A DNA stretch of 64,000 bases. Origin: a virus. Its lineage: Duplodnaviria; Caudoviricetes. The notes under the pieces were generated by a model. That model was not told the origin of the DNA, ran no database searches, and worked only from the letters and a program-made list of their open reading frames with translations. Location: positions 90,653 through 154,652 of IMG/VR virus record IMGVR_UViG_3300032232_001415. One strand, 5' to 3'. The first letter of the stretch is position 1. The number at the start of each line of letters is the position of its first letter. Below are positions 12,201 to 21,200 of this stretch, piece after piece. Both the position numbers and the translations under genes were made by a program.

Positions 12201-15200
12201 AGGCAGTATTTGCCGCTTGTGCTGTTAAACCAGATGCTCTTGATGGTAAACCAGCTGACTGAGCTGCTGTGACACCAATATCAGAAATTGCACCAATTTC
12301 TTCAACAACAATTCCTGCGTTTTCACCAGCCACAGCAGATACTGCTGCACCTCCAGCTGTTCTCAAAACATTTCTAGCAACATTACCACTAACTCCTGAT
12401 GAAGTAGCAGCGCTAAAAGCAGCAGAACCAGCCCTTGCTGCTCTTTGTCTCGCTGTTGGTTTGGGTTTTCCTGGTTTTGGCTGAGCATCCATATCTGCAA
12501 GAGCATCAGCAGCAGCATCAGCTGCTGTTACTGGCTTACTGCTTCCTTTTTTCAGATAAACTGGTCCACCACTATTTTTATTAATAGCATTTAATAATGG
12601 AAGATTATTTTTTGTGGCTCTTGAATTAACAACAAATTCTCCGGGACTCAACATTGCGGGAACAGTATCAGTTCCTCGTGGTATAAATTTACCAGAACTA
12701 GCATATACCATACCGCCGCTAGCTTTATTCATTACATTTCCTGGTCTTTGTATTCCTAATCCAATTTCTCTTAATTGTTGAGTATTAAAATTAATAGTTG
12801 TTTCGCTAATAGCTTTGCGAATAGCCTCTCCAGCAGTTTGAATTAATGTTATTTGCTGCTCATTTAATGTTCCAGCCAGAGCCTGAGTAGCATCACTCAA
12901 TGCTGTTTGTTGAACATCTATTAAAGCATTAAGTTGCTTTACTATAGGATCTTCACCAGTATCTTTTTCTAAAAGACTCAATGCTTTTGTAACAAATGGA
13001 TCATTTTGTAATCCATTATTTCTAGCCATACCTCTAATCATATCTGCTCTTAATTGATTACTTTCCTTGCCCTCAAGACCCATCATCTGAAGCATTTCAT
13101 TAAATGTAGCAAAAGCTTGTTTATTTTCATTAGAATATGCTTCTTGAGCAGCAGTCATAGCTTCCTGTTGTGTTCCACCATCTTTAATAATCTTACTATA
13201 AGCTTCATTAGCAGCTGCTGATTGTTGAATAGTTCTTATTTGACCATTTAATGTATTAGTGACTAATTCATATGAATTCCTCATATCCATAAGTTCTTGA
13301 GGAGTTCCAGTAACCATTTTTTCCGCAAATCCGACACTAGCTTGTCTTACTGTTTCTATTTTTGCAACTCTTTTTTGTATTTCATTCATAGCATCTTCAA
13401 TACTAGATTGTATGTTAGATGCTATATTTTTTAATCCATCTTTTGTTTTAGTTATCTGATTATTTAAGTCAGCAATTTGTCTTATAAAAGATTGTAGTTG
13501 AGCTTGAACTCTAGGATCAGCTAAGTTTGCACCAGAAGATTCAAAGGATCTTTTTTGTTCGCTAACTCTATTTAATTCTTGAGAAGCTATTTTATATGCT
13601 GCCATTAAATCAGTTGTATTTAAAGATCCTGTTTTAACACCAGCTTTAATTTCTGCTGCCTGAACTCTTGCTGATCCCCTTTCGCTTACTCCTACTTCTT
13701 TACCTAGTAATTCTTTTTGACGAATATCTATATTTTTTTGATTGACTATATTCTCTGCATATAAATTATTAATTTCGCTTTGTAAAGCTATTGATTTTTC
13801 AATTGCGTTAGCATAAATATTTAATCCTTCTTCTACTGCTGTTATGATCTTAGTAGTAGATTCCATTAATTGTTTATTAGCTTCTGTTAAATCATTTAGT
13901 CCAGTTAACTCATTAATAAACGCATCTAAGTCGAATTCTCCGCCCTCTTGTTTTTTAGCTCGTTGAGCATCAATAGCTGATGCTATTTGTTTACGCAGAT
14001 TATCTGTTAATCTATTATCTCCAAAAGATTTAATAAGCTTATCAGTTAATGCTCTTTGAATATTTTCAGCAGCTAATTCTGGATCAGTTCCTGCCTGTTG
14101 GGCCTGAGCGGCCATACTAGACGCTATGGTTCTAGCATCTCCACCAAAGGATGCTAATTGTTCAACAAATTTAGCATCAGAACCAAAGAAGCCACTAACT
14201 TGACGCATAGCCCCAGATTGTTGATTAGAACTATATGCATTAGGATTGCTAATTATATTTTTAGCATTGAACGATGTTTTTAAAGAAACCGTTCCATTAG
14301 CGATATCTTCTAATCTTGAACTAACATTTTGCAAAGAAACAGAAGTTTTTGCAACAGCAGAGTCCATATTTGCAAATGTACGACTAATAGAAACGGTTGA
14401 CATATTAATAGCTTTTGCTAGCTTTGATGAAGCTTTAGCTCTTTCAGCATCTGCTGCTGCTATTTGTAGTCCCGCCGTTTCTTGCTTAAAGTATGTTTCT
14501 ATAAGTGCTTTTTGTTCATTTCTGATTTCTTCCTTTGTAGCATCATCAGTATATTTATCTGCTAATGCTCTTTCTAGTTTAGCATTTTTTGCCTGAAATT
14601 CAGCACTACCTTCTGCTATCTGTTTTTTAACCGCATCTTGATTTGGACCTAAAGAACCCATGGCTGCTCCAAACCCTTTTCCGCTATATGCTGTAACTTG
14701 GTTACTCAATAATTTAATTGCAGCATCTGCACCCGCCCTATTTGTTGCTGCTCTTTCTTGACCAAGTTCAGTATCATTTTGTTTTGTAGTATTAAACATA
14801 TATCCGGCAGTTATATAATTACCGAATTTTTGCAATACTCCTGGTTGTTTAAGTTGATCATTTTTAGTTTGAATTTTACCTTCTTCTTCTGATATTGTTT
14901 TTATTCCTTGTAATACAGAGTTAGTTGCTGCTGTATCTTTTGCATTTCTTGATAGTCTTTCAAAATTTTTGTCAATACCAGCACTAGTATTTTCTATTTT
15001 CTTTTCACTTAATTCTTTTTCTGCTTGAGCTACTCCTTTATTATATCCTTCAACAGCTAAAACTGTTCCTGCTATAGCTCCAACTAAAGCACCGTATGGA
15101 CCAAATTGAGAACCTATGGAAACTGCTGTACCAAAAGCTGTTCCGCCAGCAGCAACTCCGGCGCCCTTTGCTCCTCCTATTGATGATCCAATATTTTCAG

Positions 15201-18200
15201 CAGCCATCGGAATAGCAAATGCTGCTGCTAGTCCTTTATTTTGCCAACTTGAAGTACTGTTTCTTCTAGCTTCTATTTGATCTTCGGTTAAAACTTTACC
15301 AGTTAATGTTGTTTTGCCAGTTACAAATCCTTTAACATTCTTTAGCATTCCTCCTGTTGTGCTAGCGGTTACCGAAGCGGCCTTGGATATTTGTTGGAAA
15401 AATCCAGCAGACTGCTTAGCGCTATTAGTCATGCTATTCACTATTTGATCTAAACGCGCCTGAGACATAGTAGAAGAAGATCTATTAATAAAAGGCGGAG
15501 GAGCAGCAATCTGACTTCCCCTAACTCGTCCTTCTGCTGGACCAAACAATGATTCATATTGATAAGTATATCCTATACCCCTATTTGGAGCAGAGGCTTC
15601 AAAAGCTTCTTGGCTGCCTCTAGTACCAACTTTTGTTGTATCTGCTCCTGGTCCTGTGATTCTACGATTACCTTTTACTCTGCCTCGTTCGTCAACCTCA
15701 AATCCTCCAACAACATCTCCTCTGGAGGCTGCTCTTCTTTCTAGTCTTGCTTGTTCTATATCTGCTCTGTTTACAGGTATGGCAGTAGAAGCTTTTTGTT
15801 CATCAGTTAATCTACTACCGCTAGAAGTTTTCAATTGTTGAGGAACCATAGACGTTGGTCCCTTAGGAGGACCTTGTATACTATCTGTAACTTCTTTTCT
15901 AGCCTTATCCAAAGCTTCTCCAAGACTCATTCCTCCCTTAATTAATTGTGCCGCAAGTTTTTTAGCCTGTTGCTCAAGACCCATATCATCCAAACTTTTT
16001 GTAAGTCCTCCATCAACAAATTTTTGCACAGTACCGACACTTCCACCCTTATTAAATCCTAGTATTTTATCAGCACGATTTAATTTATTTAATCTTGGTA
16101 ATCCTATACTTTGTGCCGCTCTTTTATTAATAACAAATTCACCAGGAGTTAAAAGAGCAGCAACAGTATCTTCTGAATGTCCTCCACTAGCAAATTTTCT
16201 AAACATTCCAGAATAACCCACTTTGCCGCCAGTATGAAATTTTGCCACTTCTTTTGACTCTGGAATTCCATATTGTTGTCTAAAATATCTTTGAAATTCT
16301 TTTATGGCTTTTCCTCTGCTTCCACTATCAATGGTTCTTTTAACTTCTGTGGGGATATTAGGATCAATACCAAATATTTTTGCTGCTTTAGGCCCAATAC
16401 CCATTGGGAAGTCAATTGGGCGAGTTCTTAAAGCATCATCTAATATTGTAGCATCTGCTGATCCAAAAATTTGCTCTAATAAAGCACCCTCAATATTACC
16501 TTGTCCTAATGTTTCTCGTTGTTTTTTTGTTAATTTCTTGGGAGATATTCCCAGAAGTTTGGATGCTCCTCCTACAATTTCTTCTGTTTTTCCACTAAGA
16601 TAATCAATTACATTTTGATATTGATTTGGTAAGCCTCTTTGAACTATTGAAGCATCTATTGATCTTTCTTGTCCAGATGAATCGACTCCAAGATTCCAAG
16701 TTTCTGGCCCTAATAGTCCAGTATAACCCAACGGATTTAATCCAACTAGCCCCAACTGCTGAGACGATAACACCGCACTAGTAGTATCTGATAATGCTTG
16801 TGCTGATTTGGTTCCTTGAGATTCATTAAATTTTTGTATTAAGTAATCTCTAGTAGCAAAATAATATGCTTGTTTTTCGGGATTAGTTGCTGGAGGTAAG
16901 CTGGTTTGCCAATATTTTAATTTACCTCCATCAGCAGTGTCTCTTACTGTTTTTCCTCCGAATGGACCAAAACTTGGATCACTTGGTAGTCTTTCAGATC
17001 CAAATCTTTTTAATATCTCTGTTCCTTGTGTTGGTAATATTCCAGAGGATTTCTTGACCTGGGTGGCCTTTTCTACATTTTGTAGTATTGCCGCTTCTAG
17101 TCCAGAAGGCATCGCTGTTGAAACTCCTCCAAATTCACCACTCATCTGTTCTGATAATTGCGATGCTATAGCTTCCTTTGTTATATCTGATGGCTGTGCG
17201 GATACTGAGGATTTTCTTGACGGATCTATTCCATAAGTTTCTGGATATTTAGCAGATAATGCTCTGATTATATTATGCGCCCTATATCCAAATGCTCCTT
17301 TAGACACTCTGTCTCTTTTATCTCTTATCTGTTTAACTTGATCAGCTATTTCTGGATAATTCTTCTTTAAATCAGCACTAACATTACCATAAGGACCACC
17401 AGGAGCATTTGATAATATTTCTGTAACCTCAGTATTGGATCGTGCTTTATCTTGATCAACAAATTTTTGTATTTCTTCAATTAGCATAGGAACCATAGTG
17501 CTACGATTACGTAATTGTGCTCTATTGCCCATTAATACTGATGCTATATCAGGATGCAAGAGGCTAGTTAGTGTTTTATCATCGCCATGAAATAACGCAT
17601 CTCTAACTTTGGTAGCGCTAATATCTTCTATTCTAGGAATGTCTTTAACATCTATTCCTGCTCTTTGGTATTTACCTAATGTTTTATCATCTTTACCAGA
17701 AGTTATTGCCATAGCTCCTTTTAGTTTAGCGAATTTTCTTCTATCTCCACTACCAGCAACTTCCATAAATTTTGATAAACCGCCAGCAGGCTGACCTTGA
17801 GTGCTAATCATAGCATTTCCAAAATTAATTTGGCTGAATAAAGCTCTTAAATCTTCTTGAAAAATACCATATCGTGCAGCATGATCTATTCCTTCTTTAC
17901 CAACAACCATTGGAAGATCCGTGGCAACATTAACAACAATATCTTCTAAAGAAGCGTTTGGATTTTTAGCTAACATATTCTCTAATAAGGTATCTAATGC
18001 TCCTCTGTGTCCTCTGGTTGGAGGAGCAAAACCGCCCATATAAAATCCACCAGCCTGAACCATTTCCGGTAATTCACTATCTTTTTTACGTCTTAAACCA
18101 AAACTATCTTTTTTTCTTCCAAGAACAGTGGCTTTTTTACCCAATTCGTCTCGTAGTATAGTTTCTTCCAAAGCAAAATCAGCGTCAGCTCCTCTTGTGG

Positions 18201-21200
18201 TTCCTGGTTTACGACCATATAAGCCTTCTCCTGTAGTATCTCTACTATCTCTATTTAATCTAATCTGATCTTGCTCACCTCTATTATTAGAACTTAATAC
18301 ATATGCTCTATCAACATCTTTTAAATAAGCATCTAGCTTAGACTGACTAGCTGTGGAAGTTAATACAATGACTTCATTAACTTTTTCTATATCTTCGGGC
18401 GTTAATATTTGAGAGCGAACTGTTTTTCTTAAAGTCGCATCATCAGTTGCTCCTTTGCCAGTTGCCAAACTACTTTTTCCACTTCCAGCAGCTCCAGCAA
18501 TAGCTCTAAACTTAGATAATGATCCAGTTTTTCTGGCTTTAGCAGCTAACTCTCCAAGCTTTGTTGTATAATCACTAACATCTGTTATTCCAAGTTTTTC
18601 CATTGCTTTATCAACAATACTAGCATTTGCAGGATCTCTTAAAACATCAGTATCAACTATCCCGATATTTCTTAATACCTGTCCTCCAGCACCATAAGCT
18701 TGTCTTTTAATACCAGCATTACTGAATAATTCATTTAGCGTAGAATCTAAAATTCCCTGCATATTAGAGTCTAGTTTAGGAGCGTTCTGAATAAGAGTAG
18801 TTAAAAATTCTTCTTTACCATAATCTTCTACTTTTCCTATCGTATCTTGTCTCTGTCCACCTTTTAACAGTATCTCATTAATTTTTGGATTGATTGGTCG
18901 ATACTCTCTAGCATTTTTCTTTTGTCCAGACTCTACCCACATAGAGTATGCTTCTTTAGATAGTTCAGGATTTGCGCCTCTTCCCCCGAAGTTCATAGTT
19001 TCTTGTCTCAAATTTTGTAAAACAGTATCAAGTAAACCATTCTTATAAGAGCGTCCATAAACAACATCAGCACTATTATAACTTCCACCCAATGCATCAA
19101 ATGCGTCTGCAAGACCATCATTGTCTCCATTAAATAATTGAGACACTCTTTCTTTATATTTTGTAAAACTATCTTCTGATTGGGTTCGTAAAGAATTCAA
19201 TAATTGATGTGTTAATTCATGATATAAAACATTTTTTGGTTGATTACGATCAAAAGCATTACTAGCCATCGAAACAAATCCTCGACCTGTTGATTCTAAA
19301 ATGCCCTTCTTTTGCTCCATAAGACCTTTACGAGCAACTGCTTTTTTGCTCATTATATCTGATACTTTCTTACCCAATGCCATTTTTTCATCCATAGATT
19401 TATTAAAAGCCACAGTATCATAACTGAATGATCCATCTTCATATGTTGTTACTGGTGTTTTTAAGATTTTTTTGGTTTCTTTTGTTTTTTCATCTAGTAG
19501 TTTTTGGTATCCAAATAAATCTTGTTCATCAGCTTGTGTGAATCCAAAAGGTTCTAATCCTTTATCGTCATATCCCTGAGCCCCAAAAGGATCTCTACTA
19601 AATTTTCCACGATATCCATAAGTTTGTAATTTACCACCAAAATCTATAGTTTGTGGTAAAACTTTACTTAAGTCTTCTTCTGGTAATCCTATAAATTTAG
19701 CAAAATCTGATAGATTACCCAATAATTCATTACGGCTAATTTTGGTATTAAATAAACTTAAAAATCTTTTACGATCAAAAGGTTCGCTCTGGAATTTTTG
19801 TTGTACTTCTGCAGGATCGACCGTTATTCTTTCATTGGTAGGATAAGGATCGAAAGCATTATTTACTCTTTCTAGATCTAGTTTTTTCTGCAATTCTTTA
19901 GCATAAGCATTAGTAATACGCTTAGGAAATTTTGTCTCTCCTGTTCCAAAGGGTATAGCTTCTGCTTTTCCTCCAGCCATAAATTTTTGAATCATTCCTC
20001 CAATATTTTTCTTTTGTATTTTTGAAGATCCAGCTGGAGAAAAGTCTTTAATTGTCTCTTCAACAGTTTTTCCAGGAAATCTTTTTTTATATTCTTCTTT
20101 TGTCATTGAGCTAGCAGCGCCACTACCATATGGTACTGCTAATCCAGAACTCATTAATTTATTAGCTAATTCATTATCTTCTAATAAAATTCTACCATAT
20201 TTTTCATTTTTTTTATTTCCTGATGGTCTCAATAATTTTAATATATCTTGATTAGATTTTGTTTTATAATGATCTGTAGCAACTTCTTTAGCTTTTAAGC
20301 CCAATGTTTTTTGCCAACTATTTTTTCTTCCTCCTTTATTTGTTACTTCAAAAGCATCAACTCCTAAGAGTCTTGTTCCTGTATCAAAAGGATCATCTGT
20401 TGGAGTTACATTGATATTCAATGTATCTCCATCAGTAACTCTATTTAAGTTATTGACAGAAACTATTCCTCCAATAGCATATTTTTTTCTTTTTCTTGAT
20501 GCTCCAGACTTAATAGTGCCTCCAATTCCATATTTATTCATTCTATGTAAATTACTAGCCCCTATAGTCTGCACAGCCCTTTTGCGTATAACAAATTCTC
20601 CAGGCTCTAACATTGCTGGAACAGTATCTCCATCACCGCTACCAGGAACAACTCCTCCTCTGGCAAATTTATGTATCATTCCACCACTATTTTTTTTTGT
20701 TGTTCTTAAACCTCCTGCAAAACCGGTTGCAAATTGACCTAAAGCACTTACTCCTCTAATAGCAGTAATAGCAGTTAGTGCTGGAATAACACCCTTAGCA
20801 GCATCTGCTATTCTTATAAGTCCACTAGTTAAATCAAGAGACATTTTAATAAAGTTTTGGAATCCACTATCATTTCCAATTGATCTAATTAAAGCTGTAA
20901 ACTCTTCTCTTACTTTTGTAAGCTGAACAGCAAATGCTTGTTGTGCTGTGGTAGCATCTCTTGCCAATGAACCTTGTCCTCTTTGAGCAACTACCAATGC
21001 TTGTTGTGCTGTTGCAAATTCTTGAATAAGTGGTATAACTTTACCAATTTGTCGGAATCCACCAAGTTCTTCAACTATTCTACTAAATCTTAGATCTCTA
21101 GGATCTAATTGACTAAGACCAGCACTTAGTCTTTTAACAGCTTCATATGGCCCAACGAATTTTCCTTGTAAATCTGTTAAGTTAACTCCAAATTCTTTTA

